A stretch of DNA of 64,000 nucleotides from NCBI GenBank assembly GCA_014332745.1, contig JACONL010000002.1, positions 18,371-82,370 of the forward strand, in the 5' to 3' direction. Position 1 is the stretch's first letter; each line of letters begins with the position of its first letter. The translations under genes and the position numbers were made by a program. This DNA comes from Alphaproteobacteria bacterium GM7ARS4. Its GTDB lineage: Bacteria; Pseudomonadota; Alphaproteobacteria; GM7ARS4. Of the stretch, positions 29,396-39,990 are shown in pieces. The notes under the pieces were generated by a model, which worked only from the letters and a program-made list of their open reading frames with translations, did no database searches and was not told the origin of the DNA.

Positions 29396-30127
29396 ATGCA
29401 ACATGTTGATATAGTGCTTTTGGCGCTGGTGGCGGCTTTTCTCATTTTGCGGTTGCGGAGTGTATTGGGGGAGCATCATAGTGCCGACAACACCCCTCGC
29501 GAGGGGGGACGAGAGGGCTTGGACCAGTCCATAACGGGGGCAAGAGGGCGGGAGCAACAGGAGACATCGCCATCTGTGGCTGGTGACGGCGAGGATGTGG
29601 CGGCGAGACAGCGCGGGAGCGATGCCGTCACCCTGTCGCAGGAAGAGCAGGAGCAAGAAGAGGATGCTCTCAAACGTTTTCCCGCTCTCAAACGTGTGAA
29701 GGAGGCACTTCCTTCCTTCTACGTGACCACGTTCCTCAAGGGCGTGCAGAATGTCTTTTTCATGGTGCATGAAGCCTACACCAAGGATACGTTGGATAAG
29801 GTGAGTCATTTGCTGGGGAAGGAAGTCTATGGCAATTTCCAAAAAGCCATCAAAGAGCGCAAAGCGGCAGGCCATCGTCAAGAATCCTCTCTTGTGGGGA
29901 TTGAGTCCCTTGCCATAGACGATATTCTCTATGAGGACGGGAAGGTTGATATTGTCGTCTCCATTCTCTCGAGTCAGATCAATGCGTTTTATGATGCGCA
30001 AGGCGCGTGCTTTCAAGGTGATGCCGAAGCCATAGAAACATGTAGAGATGTTTGGGTCTTTACGCGGGATTTAGGGAAGGTGTCTCGCCATGTGGCGTGG
30101 AGTCTCAAGGAGACAAGGGGAGGATAA
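29396..30127 (+). CDS. Tim44-like domain protein (membrane-anchored)
   Basis: N-terminal TM, acidic linker, C-terminal Tim44-like domain; conserved upstream of mltA in alphaproteobacteria (from memory). Confidence 0.65.
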   Translation: MQHVDIVLLALVAAFLILRLRSVLGEHHSADNTPREGGREGLDQSITGARGREQQETSPSVAGDGEDVAARQRGSDAVTLSQEEQEQEEDALKRFPALKRVKEALPSFYVTTFLKGVQNVFFMVHEAYTKDTLDKVSHLLGKEVYGNFQKAIKERKAAGHRQESSLVGIESLAIDDILYEDGKVDIVVSILSSQINAFYDAQGACFQGDAEAIETCRDVWVFTRDLGKVSRHVAWSLKETRGG

Positions 30128-30137
30128 ACCAAGGCAC

Positions 30138-31505
30138 AGCATGGCGCATTGCTCCTTGTGCCGTGATGTGTCGTCTTTGCTCTATGGCTGGTGGCATGCT
30201 TATGGTGGCGTGTGGCGCGCCTTTGTGTTTCTTGGCGTCTTGGGGGCGGTGAGTCTTGTGGTTGTCGTTGTCTGGCGTGGTGACATGCTCAGAGACGATG
30301 TTCCCGTAGCAGGGCAGGGGGCGGGCTTGGTGACGGAGACGGATTTTGCCAGCATCGGCGCGCCATGGCGGGAGAGTGTCTCTCACCTTGATGGCGCTTT
30401 CGAGGCCTTTCGCCGTAGCTGTCAACGTTGGCAGGCGATGGGATGGGATGAAGATGTCATGTTTGCGCGCCTAGACAGGCATGACTCTTATCCGCCACAG
30501 AGTCTCAAGGCGTCCTCATGGCGTTCTCTCTGTGCGCTCAGTGAGACGTTAGACAGAGGCACAGCGGACTCTTTACGTCTTTTTTTTGAAGAGCATTTCA
30601 CGCCATATGATGTCTGGATGGATGGACAGAGGGAAGGATTATTCACGGGCTATTATCGTGTTGTTTTATTTGGCTCGACACAGCGTGACGAGCGTTTTTC
30701 CGTGCCTCTCTATGGCGCGCCATCTGACATGGTGTTTATCGAGACAAAGGATTTTCCCCAATGTGGCGCTTGTCCCTCTCGTTTGATAGGGCGTTTGCAT
30801 GAGGGGCGTATCACAGCCTATCCGACACGCGGCGCGATTATGGCGGGAACACCTATTGATGCGCCCGTCTTAGTCTGGTTAGACGATGCGTTTGATGCCT
30901 TTTTGCTCTCTGTGCAAGGCAGTGGCAAAGTCATTTTAAGGGATGGTCGCGTGATGGTGCTGGGCTATCATCGCCAAAATGGTCATCCCTATCGCCCGAT
31001 CGCCAAGTCCATGCGGGATGAAGGCGTCATCGATGGCGATACACGTATGACGCTCTCCTTGTTGCGCTTATGGTTCGCCACCAAGACAGAGGCAGAGAGG
31101 AAGGCGATTCTTGCCTTGAATCCCTCTTATGTTTTTTTTACGCTTATCGAGACGCCAGAGGCTGTCGCGTCGCCCATTGGTGCTTTTGGTGTGCCGTTGG
31201 TGGCAGGGCATTCATTAGCGGTGGATACGCGCTATATCCCCTTAGGTGTGCCTTTATGGGTCGAGACGACTCATCCTTTTGCGGGGCATGAGGGAGAGAG
31301 GCCATGGCATCGCCTTATGGTGGCCCATGATAGAGGCGGTGCTATTCGTGGCTCTGTGCGTGGCGACATCTATTGGGGGGAGGGACATCATGCCGAACGC
31401 CTTGCTGGTGCGACCAATTGGGCGGGACATTATCGTATCTTTCTACCGAAGAACACATCCACAGCAGACACCATCCTCCATGATGACACAACACAACGAC
31501 CATGA
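30138..31505 (+). CDS. mltA: membrane-bound lytic murein transglycosylase A
   Basis: MltA domain plus C-terminal 3D domain (LSVQGSGKV, DTRYIPLGVPLWVET, GGAIRGSVRGDIYWGEG). Confidence 0.85.
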   Translation, partial: SMAHCSLCRDVSSLLYGWWHAYGGVWRAFVFLGVLGAVSLVVVVVWRGDMLRDDVPVAGQGAGLVTETDFASIGAPWRESVSHLDGAFEAFRRSCQRWQAMGWDEDVMFARLDRHDSYPPQSLKASSWRSLCALSETLDRGTADSLRLFFEEHFTPYDVWMDGQREGLFTGYYRVVLFGSTQRDERFSVPLYGAPSDMVFIETKDFPQCGACPSRLIGRLHEGRITAYPTRGAIMAGTPIDAPVLVWLDDAFDAFLLSVQGSGKVILRDGRVMVLGYHRQNGHPYRPIAKSMRDEGVIDGDTRMTLSLLRLWFATKTEAERKAILALNPSYVFFTLIETPEAVASPIGAFGVPLVAGHSLAVDTRYIPLGVPLWVETTHPFAGHEGERPWHRLMVAHDRGGAIRGSVRGDIYWGEGHHAERLAGATNWAGHYRIFLPKNTSTADTILHDDTTQRP

Positions 31506-32076
31506 CGGCAACAGCGCTTGGGAGCGTCTTAAGACACGCGTTGTGCCTCTCTCTCCTCAAGAGCCATCGCCGCCATCGTCCTCGTCTCACCATAAAGAGG
31601 CGGAAGGGAAGAGTCATCCCACGCCCATGGCCGCCACAGGGATACGTTCTCACCAAGCGACAGCACAGAAGACTCGCCATAAGGCGCGCAACGAGCATAG
31701 TCTTCCCCCTTTGGTGGTAGGCGACCTCCGTCGGCGTGGCTTAGGAAGACGAGAGGAAAAGGCGATGCGCTCAGGGGACGTGTTGGTCGATAGGCGTCTT
31801 GACTTGCATGGGCTGTCTCTTACGGATGCGCGGCTTAAAGTGCACCTTGTGGTGCAGCAAGCCTATAAGAATGGGCATACGTTCCTTCATATCATCACAG
31901 GCAAGGGTGATAAACAGCAAGGGTCTGGCGTCATACGGGAGGCGTTCTGTCGTTGGCTTAATGAACCTCACATAACGCCTATGGTGATTGCCCTATGCCA
32001 TGCTGTGGGACGTCATGGCGGTGAGGGCGCTTTCTACGTGCGTTTAAAACGAGTGCGAGGTCACAAGGCAAGGTGA
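31480..32076 (+). CDS. Smr domain protein
   Basis: LDLHGLSLTDA...FLHIITGKGDKQQGSGVIREA Smr motif; start ATG 31480 overlaps mltA end. Confidence 0.75.
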   Translation: MMTQHNDHDGNSAWERLKTRVVPLSPQEPSPPSSSSHHKEAEGKSHPTPMAATGIRSHQATAQKTRHKARNEHSLPPLVVGDLRRRGLGRREEKAMRSGDVLVDRRLDLHGLSLTDARLKVHLVVQQAYKNGHTFLHIITGKGDKQQGSGVIREAFCRWLNEPHITPMVIALCHAVGRHGGEGAFYVRLKRVRGHKAR

Positions 32077-32155
32077 TACATTGTTGCGTGGGATAAGGGA
32101 GCGCTGGTGACGCCTCAGCGCTCTCTTGTGATGTCTTAAGAAAGGTTTTTTTGCT

Positions 32156-32992
32156 ATGGAGAATCATTTTTTATTGTTGCCCGCATGGGATCCTGTGGCT
32201 TTTTCCATAGGGCCTCTGTCTGTCCATTGGTATGGTCTTTCCTATTTAGTGAGTTTTCTTTTAGCGTGGCGGTATGGGCTATGGGTGATAAAGCGCTATG
32301 CTCTTCCCATAACGGCTGAACAATGGGGTGATGCTATGCTGTTATGGTGTGTCTTAGGCGTTCTGATAGGGGGGAGGCTTGGCTATGTCTTTTTGTATCA
32401 TCCCGCCTATTACCTTGCCAATCCCCATGAGATTTTCTTTATCTGGCGGGGTGGCATGTCATTTCATGGGGGTATGGTGGGGGCGGGCTGTGCTGTCATG
32501 CTCTATGGGCGTTCTGTTGGCGTCTCTGGCGTGCGTTTTGTGGATCTTGTGGCTTTGGTGTCTCCTGTGGGGCTCTTTTTTGGGCGGTTAGCCAATTTTG
32601 TCAATGGTGAGCTCTATGGGCGGGTGAGCCATGTGCCGTGGGCGATGATTTTTCCTCATAGTGATGGCATGCCGCGCCATCCCAGCCAGCTCTATGAAGC
32701 GGCGCTCGAGGGGATTGTTTTAGGGACGATATTGTTTTTATGTGTCGTGTGTGGGCGGCGTCGAGGCGGCGTGCTAGAAACGAGAGGCATGATGATGTTT
32801 CTCTTCCTCTTAGGCTATGGTCTCATGCGTTTTATTGTGGAATTTTGGCGTGAGCCAGACGCCCATATAGGCTATATCGCGGGCCTATGGTCTCTTGGGC
32901 AGATTTTGAGCGCTCTTATGGTTGTGGCGGGCGCTGTGGGATTGTGGGTCATTCATAAGAAGGCACAGCGCAGAACGGAGGGCATGGCGTGA
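32156..32992 (+). CDS. lgt: prolipoprotein diacylglyceryl transferase
   Basis: FSIGPLSVHWYGLSYLVSFLLAW N-terminus, HGGMVGAG signature. Confidence 0.92.
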   Translation: MENHFLLLPAWDPVAFSIGPLSVHWYGLSYLVSFLLAWRYGLWVIKRYALPITAEQWGDAMLLWCVLGVLIGGRLGYVFLYHPAYYLANPHEIFFIWRGGMSFHGGMVGAGCAVMLYGRSVGVSGVRFVDLVALVSPVGLFFGRLANFVNGELYGRVSHVPWAMIFPHSDGMPRHPSQLYEAALEGIVLGTILFLCVVCGRRRGGVLETRGMMMFLFLLGYGLMRFIVEFWREPDAHIGYIAGLWSLGQILSALMVVAGAVGLWVIHKKAQRRTEGMA

Positions 32993-34224
32993 TGGGCGCG
33001 CCTCAGGGGAGCATGGCGCGGGCGAGCGCTTTGTCCACAGACGCCCATCCCCATGTGTTACAAAGTGTGTGTCATGCCATAGACAATGCGCCGTCGCGCG
33101 CCATTTCTGTGGCGACATATATGGAGCTCTGTCTGTATGGGCAAGCGCAAAGTTTCTATCGTGGGGGAGGCTATCACAGGGATCATGCGCCTCTTGGTGA
33201 GCATGGTGGCGTGAAGGGGTTTACGACATCCCCCAGCATAAGCCAGATGTTTGGCGAGCTCCTTGCCTTGTGGTGTATCGATATGGCGGCGCAGATGTCC
33301 GTGACGGAGTCGCCAAAGAGGGTCGTCGAGTTGGGCCCCGGGCGCGGCGAGATGATGGCGGATATGCAACGTATTTTTGTGCGCCATGCCTTTTCCCGTC
33401 ATCTGTCCTATCATTGCATTGAGTGTAGTTCTTATTATGCTGAGCAACAGAGGCGGCGCGCGACCACAGACATTCCCACCTTTTGGCATGAGTCCCTTGC
33501 CAGCGTCCCCGATGACGGCATATGGTTCATCTTAGGCAATGAATTTTTTGATTGCTTTCCCATACACCAATTTTCCTACCATGACGGCGCATGGCGTGAG
33601 ATAGGCGTATGCGCTGAGCAAGGAACAGACCATCCTCCATCCTTGCGTTTTACCCTTGAGCGTCAGCCGTCTCCTCTTCCAGACGGGTTATATCGTTCCT
33701 TATCAGCTGTCATAGAGTCGCCTGACGATGGCATGTGTCTGGAATATGCGCCTCTCCTCGAGGTATGGGCACAAGACATCATCGATGCTGTGCGGACACA
33801 TCAAGGGTGCGCCTTGTTGCTTGATTATGGGCATGGTGGCGGTGCTGTAGGGAATAGTTTGCGCGCCTTTTACGATGGGCGCATGTGCCATCCCTTGTGT
33901 CATAGCGGTGTGGCCGACTTGTCGGCGTCGGTGGATTTTTCCGTTTTTGCCGATAGAGCCTCTCGTCTGGGCTGTGGCGTCATGGGTTTGCAGACTCAAG
34001 GGGAATTCTTACGCCGCTTAGGCATCCATGAGAGAGCAAAACAGCTCTGGCGTCATAGCGACCGCCAGCCACGCCAGAGGCTCGAGACGGGTTTGGCGCT
34101 TCATCGCCTGACGTCGCCGTCGCAGATGGGGACTCTCTTCAAAGTTCTGTGCCTCACGAGTCATAAGGCCTCCGTCATGCCATGTGGCTTTGCGTCTCCT
34201 CAAGGGAAACGCCAACAGGCATGA
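32989..34224 (+). CDS. class I SAM-dependent methyltransferase, MidA/NDUFAF7 (DUF185) family
   Basis: 411 aa; VVELGPGRGEMMAD SAM motif; conserved lgt-midA-pgeF order. Confidence 0.75.
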   Translation: MMGAPQGSMARASALSTDAHPHVLQSVCHAIDNAPSRAISVATYMELCLYGQAQSFYRGGGYHRDHAPLGEHGGVKGFTTSPSISQMFGELLALWCIDMAAQMSVTESPKRVVELGPGRGEMMADMQRIFVRHAFSRHLSYHCIECSSYYAEQQRRRATTDIPTFWHESLASVPDDGIWFILGNEFFDCFPIHQFSYHDGAWREIGVCAEQGTDHPPSLRFTLERQPSPLPDGLYRSLSAVIESPDDGMCLEYAPLLEVWAQDIIDAVRTHQGCALLLDYGHGGGAVGNSLRAFYDGRMCHPLCHSGVADLSASVDFSVFADRASRLGCGVMGLQTQGEFLRRLGIHERAKQLWRHSDRQPRQRLETGLALHRLTSPSQMGTLFKVLCLTSHKASVMPCGFASPQGKRQQA

Positions 34225-34245
34225 CAAGACAGCGTATCACGGCTT

Positions 34246-35151
34246 ATGGCATATCCTTCCATCCACAGGACTCGTTCTCCCTACGGGGTTTTTTATGTGC
34301 AGAGTCCCATGCTCTACGGGCTAGGCGTTCCCCATGGCTTTTTCACGAGACTTGGCGGTGTCAGTCAAGGCGCGTACGCTCAGCTCAATGTTGGTTATGG
34401 CACGCAAGACAAAAACGACCATATCCGCGAGAATAGACGGCGTGCCATGCATGCCTTGCTGACTGATGTTGTGGGACAGGTAGAAACAGGAGCGGGGGCG
34501 GGGGCAGGAACAGGAGCGGGGGCGGAGACGCCTTATCCTTTATGGATTCCTCGTCAGTGCCACTCTTCCCGTGTCCTTGTCTGTGAGGATATGGCGATGC
34601 ATGCGCCTAAACCATGGGGGGATTGGCAAGAGGCGTGGCACAAGGGCGAGGCGGAGGCGGATGGCATGGTGAGTGGATATGCTCTACGGGCATTGGGTAT
34701 CGTCACGGCGGATTGCGTGCCGATGGTGTGTGTGGATAAGGCGCACAAGGTTTTTGCCGTGATTCATGTGGGATGGCGTGGTGCGCGTGATGGGATGATC
34801 GAGGCGGGTCTCTCGACAATGGTCGAGAGGGGCGCGCGTGTGGACTCTCTCCATGTGGCGTTAGGCCCTTCCATACAGAAGGAGTCTTATGAGGTTGGTG
34901 CGGAATTTTTAGGGTATTTTCCTGATGGCAAAGCCTGTTTTTCGAGGCGAGACGGGACATGCGACAGATATTTCTTTGATTTGCCCGCCTATATCGCCAT
35001 GACGTTGCGTGCGTTAGGTGTCAGCGCCATCGACATGCTTGCCCATGATACCTATAGGGAGGAGGCGTTCTTTTTTAGTCATCGCCGCGCTCACAAGAGG
35101 GGAGAAGGGGCGTGCGGACGACAACTCACCGCCATGCTCTGTGTGGTCTAA
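34246..35151 (+). CDS. pgeF: peptidoglycan editing factor PgeF (YfiH / laccase-domain protein) with Gly/Ala-rich insertion
   Basis: GIVTADCVPMV, AVIHVGWRGARDGM, CGRQLTAM motifs; 24-nt tandem duplication encodes ETGAGAGAGTGAGAET. Confidence 0.85.
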   Translation: MAYPSIHRTRSPYGVFYVQSPMLYGLGVPHGFFTRLGGVSQGAYAQLNVGYGTQDKNDHIRENRRRAMHALLTDVVGQVETGAGAGAGTGAGAETPYPLWIPRQCHSSRVLVCEDMAMHAPKPWGDWQEAWHKGEAEADGMVSGYALRALGIVTADCVPMVCVDKAHKVFAVIHVGWRGARDGMIEAGLSTMVERGARVDSLHVALGPSIQKESYEVGAEFLGYFPDGKACFSRRDGTCDRYFFDLPAYIAMTLRALGVSAIDMLAHDTYREEAFFFSHRRAHKRGEGACGRQLTAMLCVV

Positions 35152-35251
35152 GGAAAGGCTTGCACGTTTGCCTTGATATGCTATGGAGTCATCGTGGTGT
35201 TGTGGGGGTGGTGTTGTGGGGTGGCGCATGGCGTGATGTGTGGTGGAGAAC

Positions 35252-36196
35252 ATGAAGATTTTTTCAGGCAACAGCAATCTGCCGTTGGCGGAGGCGATGT
35301 GCGCCCGCCTTGGCATGCCATTGGGGCGTTGTGTGGTGCGTCGCTTTGCTGATGGCGAGATCTATGTCGAGATACAAGAGAATGTGCGTGGGGAAGATGT
35401 CTTTTTCATTCAGTCCCTCTCCAAGCCGGCGAACGACCATATCATGGAGTTGCTCTTAGCCCTTGATGCTCTCAAACGAGGCTCTGCCCATAGGATTACG
35501 GCCGTCATTCCTTATTATGGGTATGCGCGTCAGGATAGGAAGTCTGGTCCTCGCACGCCCATTTCGGCAAAATTGGTTGCTGACATCATCACGACGGCAG
35601 GGGCGTCCCGTTGCTTGATGTTAGACCTCCATGCGGGACAGATACAGGGTTTTTTTGATGTGCCTGTGGATAATTTATATGCGTCTCTTGTGTTTGAGAA
35701 AGACATTAGGAAACGCTACGATGTGAAGAATCTCAGCATTGTCTCGCCAGATGTGGGTGGTTTGGTGCGTGTCAGAGCCATTGCCTATCGCATGCATATT
35801 CGCGACTTATGTATCATTGACAAGCGTCGCCCGACAGCAGGGCAATCGGAGGTTATGAACGTGATAGGGGATGTGACGGGCAAGGATTGTCTTATTTTCG
35901 ATGACATTATTGATTCGGCGGGGACATTGTGCCATGCGGCGGTGGCGCTGAAAGAGCGGGGGGCGCGTTCTGTGGTGGCTTATGCGAGTCATGGCGTTTT
36001 ATCTGGTGGGGCGTTGGCGCGGATTACCGATGCGCCTCTTGAGAGGGTTGTCATCAGCGACAGCATTGCGCGCCAAGATGAGACGTCTCTGGTGAAAAAA
36101 ATCGAGACCCTCAGCATTGCTCCCTTGCTTTGCGAAGCAATACAGCGTATTCATAAAGGCGAGTCCATCTCTCGTCTGTTCGATACACAAGAATAG
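35252..36196 (+). CDS. prs: ribose-phosphate pyrophosphokinase
   Basis: MKIFSGNSN..., [30 protein letters not shown]-binding [10 protein letters not shown]. Confidence 0.93.
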   Translation: MKIFSGNSNLPLAEAMCARLGMPLGRCVVRRFADGEIYVEIQENVRGEDVFFIQSLSKPANDHIMELLLALDALKRGSAHRITAVIPYYGYARQDRKSGPRTPISAKLVADIITTAGASRCLMLDLHAGQIQGFFDVPVDNLYASLVFEKDIRKRYDVKNLSIVSPDVGGLVRVRAIAYRMHIRDLCIIDKRRPTAGQSEVMNVIGDVTGKDCLIFDDIIDSAGTLCHAAVALKERGARSVVAYASHGVLSGGALARITDAPLERVVISDSIARQDETSLVKKIETLSIAPLLCEAIQRIHKGESISRLFDTQE

Positions 36197-36228
36197 GCTT
36201 GATGGATGTGGCGTAAGGGACGTATGAC

Positions 36229-36888
36229 ATGGTGGGTCGAGTGGACAAAGCAGAAGCCTTAAAGGCGTTGCCAAGAGAGAGAATTGGGAAAGGGGGGGCG
36301 CGGACGTCACGCCGTCAAGGATTGGTGCCAGCCATTGTGTATGGCGGGAAAGAGCCTCCCTTGCCCCTCTGCGTCGACGGACGGCAACTCAACAAATTGT
36401 TGCGCCATGAGGGATTTTTGAATCATCCCACCGACATTCTCTTGGATGGCAAGACTCTCCATGTGCTTCCTAAGGATGTTCAGTATCATGTGGTGACGGA
36501 CGCGCCCTTGCATGTGGATTTTCTGCGTGTCACCGAGAAAACGAGAGTGAATGTGTCTGTGGCGGTGCGCTTTATCCATGAAGAACGTTCCCCCGGCATT
36601 AAGAATGGCGGTGTGCTGAATGTCATTCGTCACGAGATCGACATTGTGTGTGCAGTGGCGAACATTCCAGCGTCTTTCGAGGTGGATTTAGAGGGGCTTG
36701 CCATCGGTGATAGCGTCCATATCAGTCATATCACCATGCCGAAGGGTGTGGAGAGTGTTATTCAGGACCGCGACTTCACCATTGCGACGATTGTGGCGCC
36801 GACAAAGGCTGTTGAGACGACAGCTGTTGCTGATGATACAGAGGGCGAGGGTGACTCATCGTCAGATGGCACTGATAAAGAGGCGTAA
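36229..36888 (+). CDS. rplY: 50S ribosomal protein L25 / general stress protein Ctc
   Basis: 219 aa, ...RRQGLVPAIVYG..., acidic C-terminal tail. Confidence 0.85.
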   Translation: MVGRVDKAEALKALPRERIGKGGARTSRRQGLVPAIVYGGKEPPLPLCVDGRQLNKLLRHEGFLNHPTDILLDGKTLHVLPKDVQYHVVTDAPLHVDFLRVTEKTRVNVSVAVRFIHEERSPGIKNGGVLNVIRHEIDIVCAVANIPASFEVDLEGLAIGDSVHISHITMPKGVESVIQDRDFTIATIVAPTKAVETTAVADDTEGEGDSSSDGTDKEA

Positions 36889-36897
36889 GAGAGAGGG

Positions 36898-37521
36898 TTG
36901 GTGGCACAAGCACTCCTTGTCGGTTTAGGCAATCCGGGGCAGCCATTTGAGCAGAGCAGGCACAATGTGGGCTTTATGGCGCTTGATGCCATCATTGGTC
37001 ATTATGGCTGTTCGTCTCTGTGTCTCAAGAAGCGCTTCCATAGCCTATGGAGTGAGGGTGTGCTCGATGGCGTGTCCTGTGTCCTTATGAAGCCACAAAC
37101 CTATATGAATCGCAGTGGGATGGCGGTGTTGTCTGTGATGAAGTATTTCTCTTTTTCTATGGACAATGTCTTTGTGTTTCATGACGATATGGATTTAGGC
37201 TTTCTCCGTGTGAAAGTGAAAAGAGGCGGCAGTGATGGCGGTCATCGGGGCATACGTAGTATCGATACCCATAGCCATGGTCTTTCGAAGGAGGGCGAGC
37301 TTGGCGGGCGTGGGCGTGTGGGGGGTGCGTATTGGCGGGTGCGCATTGGGGTGGGGCGTCCCGTTGCCGATGCGCGCCACCATGTTTTAGGGTCTTTTTC
37401 TGGTGAAGAGCGGGCGCGTCTTTATGCTTTGTTAGCGTTGATGGCAGAACATTGTCCCCTCATGTTGCGTGGCGATACGTCTCACTTTATGGAGCATATG
37501 CGTGAAGGAGCGGAGACGTAA
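36898..37521 (+). CDS. pth: peptidyl-tRNA hydrolase
   Basis: LLVGLGNPGQPFEQSRHNVGF, NRSGMAV, GGHRGIRSI; G/R-rich insertion before conserved RVRIGVGRP. Confidence 0.88.
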   Translation: MVAQALLVGLGNPGQPFEQSRHNVGFMALDAIIGHYGCSSLCLKKRFHSLWSEGVLDGVSCVLMKPQTYMNRSGMAVLSVMKYFSFSMDNVFVFHDDMDLGFLRVKVKRGGSDGGHRGIRSIDTHSHGLSKEGELGGRGRVGGAYWRVRIGVGRPVADARHHVLGSFSGEERARLYALLALMAEHCPLMLRGDTSHFMEHMREGAET

Positions 37522-37527
37522 AGAGCT

Positions 37528-38649
37528 ATGGGTTTTGCTTGTGGTTTGATAGGGTTGCCTAATGTGGGGAAGTCCACGCTCTTTAACGCCTTGATGTCGC
37601 GGGCAGTGGTGGCGGCAGAGAATTATCCTTTCTGCACGATAGAGCCTCATAGGGAGCGCGTTCCTGTTCCAGACGAGCGTCTTGCCGTTTTGTCGTCCCT
37701 TGTGCGTCCAGCGAACGTGGTTGAGGCGCAATTAGAGCTTGTCGATATTGCTGGGCTTGTGCGTGGGGCGTCTGTAGGCGAGGGGTTAGGGAATCGGTTT
37801 TTACAGCATATCCGTGATGTCCATGTGTTGGTGCATGTCGTGCGTTGTTTCGAGGGGGAGGACATCACCCATGTAGATGGGCGTATCGACCCTATGGGCG
37901 ATATAGACACGATAGAGACAGAGCTCATGTTGGCGGATATAGGATGTGTGACGACACAACGTGCGGGCTTAGAAAAGAGGGCGCGGGCGCGTGATAAGGA
38001 TGCCATAGCGCTTTTAGCACAGAGTGACATATGGCTTGCCCATTTGGATAAGGGGCATGCTCTGCGTTCTTTGCCTCTCGAGCCTCAAGAGCGCCATGCG
38101 CTGATGATGATGGGGGCGTTGACCATGCGTCCTGTCATTTATGTCTGTAACGTGACAGAGGGCCATGTGGTGGGTGGCTTTGAGCTCTCACAGCGCGTCC
38201 ATGCATGGGCGAACGAGCAAGGCTTGCCATGTATCACAATTTCGGCCGCGCTGGAGCAGGCATTGGCGAGTTTTTCTCCTCAAGAGAGGAAAGACTATCT
38301 CGAGGCGCTTGGCGTCGAGGATACAGGCCTTTCCCAACTGATACGCGCAGGCTATAGCGCCTTGGGCTTGCATACATTTTTTACGGCAGGGGATAAGGAG
38401 GTGCGCGCATGGACATGTCAAAAAGGGGCGTCTGCGGTGGAGGCAGCCGCTGTCATTCATAGCGATTTTGCTCAGGGCTTTATTTGTGCCGAGACGATCT
38501 CTTATGGTGATTATAAAGAATGGGGTTCGCATAGCGCTGCCGCACAAGCAGGCAAGGTGCGCAAAGAAGGGCGCGACTATATCGTGTGCGATGGCGATGT
38601 CATGCTCTTTCGTTTCCATGTGGCAAAGGCGGGTAAAGCAAAAAAATAA
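37528..38649 (+). CDS. ychF: redox-regulated ATPase YchF
   Basis: GLIGLPNVGKSTLFNAL P-loop, TGS domain C-terminus. Confidence 0.92.
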   Translation: MGFACGLIGLPNVGKSTLFNALMSRAVVAAENYPFCTIEPHRERVPVPDERLAVLSSLVRPANVVEAQLELVDIAGLVRGASVGEGLGNRFLQHIRDVHVLVHVVRCFEGEDITHVDGRIDPMGDIDTIETELMLADIGCVTTQRAGLEKRARARDKDAIALLAQSDIWLAHLDKGHALRSLPLEPQERHALMMMGALTMRPVIYVCNVTEGHVVGGFELSQRVHAWANEQGLPCITISAALEQALASFSPQERKDYLEALGVEDTGLSQLIRAGYSALGLHTFFTAGDKEVRAWTCQKGASAVEAAAVIHSDFAQGFICAETISYGDYKEWGSHSAAAQAGKVRKEGRDYIVCDGDVMLFRFHVAKAGKAKK

Positions 38650-38761
38650 CAGCAGACATGGCGGGCGTCCCCATGCTATAGTATGCGGGTGGGGTATGAC
38701 GGCTTGTCGTAATCATTCATGACGGGCTTTTATGACAGAGATTATATGTAAGACGAGTGCC

Positions 38762-39133
38762 ATGTTATCGATTCGTTTATCGCGCGGAGGGGCAAAGAAG
38801 CGTCCCTATTATAGAGTTGTCGTTGCTGACAGGCGTATGAAGCGTGATGGGCGTTTCATTGAGGTGGTCGGGCGTTATGACCCTATGATGAAGAAGGATG
38901 ATGACAGGCGTATCATTCTTCAGCGCGACAGGCTAGCCTATTGGCTTGGGGTGGGGGCGAGGCCAAGTGACCGCATTGTCCGCTTTATGGAGAAGGCTGG
39001 CATGGCAAAGAGGACGATTCCTCAGCAGACAAAAAAACATCTTCCTCGTCATGGCACTGAGGACGCGAGCCATGGTGGCAAGGGAGAGGCGGGGGCGTCC
39101 AGCGAGGGCGCTCAAGGCACGGCGTCTTCGTAA
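38762..39133 (+). CDS. rpsP: 30S ribosomal protein S16 with low-complexity C-terminal extension
   Basis: MLSIRLSRGGAKKRPYYRVVVADRRMKRDGRFIE. Confidence 0.9.
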   Translation: MLSIRLSRGGAKKRPYYRVVVADRRMKRDGRFIEVVGRYDPMMKKDDDRRIILQRDRLAYWLGVGARPSDRIVRFMEKAGMAKRTIPQQTKKHLPRHGTEDASHGGKGEAGASSEGAQGTASS

Positions 39134-39177
39134 AAGGCGGGCGTGCGCCTGTCATCGAGAGAGGAGGTCTTTGGGCG

Positions 39178-39933
39178 ATGGCAGGGTGGCGGAGTGCGGT
39201 TCTTACCCTTTTCCCTCATATATTTCCGGGTCCGCTGGCGTCGTCGGTGGTTGGGCGTGGTTTGCGGGAAGGCGTGTGGCATCTAGACATATGTGACATC
39301 AAGGCGCATAGTCCAGCGGGACATCATGGCGTTGATGACAAGCCTTATGGCGGTGGTGCGGGGATGGTGATGCGCGCTGATGTCATCGACCGCTGTGTGT
39401 CTTCCGTCTATGGAACGGGTGACACGCGTCCCCTGATTTATATGTCGGCGCGTGGCAAGCCACTCACCCAAGCATCGATGGGGCGTTATGCCGCTGGCGA
39501 TGGCGTTGTCATTCTTTGTGGGCATTATGAAGGGGTCGACCAGCGTGTTATCGAGCATTGGCATATGGAAGAGGTGTGCATAGGCGACTATGTGTTATCT
39601 GGCGGCGAGATTGCGGCGATGGTCTTATTGGATGGCTGTGTGCGCTTATTGTCTGGCGTTGTAGGCGATAAGAGGAGCGTGCAAGAGGAAAGTTTCGCCC
39701 ATGGTCTCTTGGGGCGTTTAGAGTATCCCCATTATACGACGCCACCGTCATGGCGTGGCTATGATGTGCCGTCTGTGCTTTTGAGTGGCGACCATGGGCG
39801 GATAGCGCGTTGGCGTCATGACAAGGTGCAAGAGGTGACAGTACAGCGACGCCCTGAGATGGACATAGATGGCGTGCTTGAGGGAGCGGGCGCGGGGAAA
39901 AAGGATTTGCAAAAGAAGGAAAAATCGCTATAG
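39178..39933 (+). CDS. trmD: tRNA (guanine37-N1)-methyltransferase
   Basis: VLTLFPHIF, DDKPYGGGAGMVM, LSGGEIAAMVLLD SPOUT motifs. Confidence 0.9.
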   Translation: MAGWRSAVLTLFPHIFPGPLASSVVGRGLREGVWHLDICDIKAHSPAGHHGVDDKPYGGGAGMVMRADVIDRCVSSVYGTGDTRPLIYMSARGKPLTQASMGRYAAGDGVVILCGHYEGVDQRVIEHWHMEEVCIGDYVLSGGEIAAMVLLDGCVRLLSGVVGDKRSVQEESFAHGLLGRLEYPHYTTPPSWRGYDVPSVLLSGDHGRIARWRHDKVQEVTVQRRPEMDIDGVLEGAGAGKKDLQKKEKSL

Positions 39934-39990
39934 GTAACCTGTTGGGTATGGGGATATGGTGCGGGCATAGCTGTGCTGTTGGATAAGCGG

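Noticed and set aside
29297-30016. 239-aa ORF on the minus strand
   Set aside because: Lies antisense to the Tim44-like gene, which has a recognisable domain architecture. No motif content. A typical shadow ORF in GC-rich DNA.
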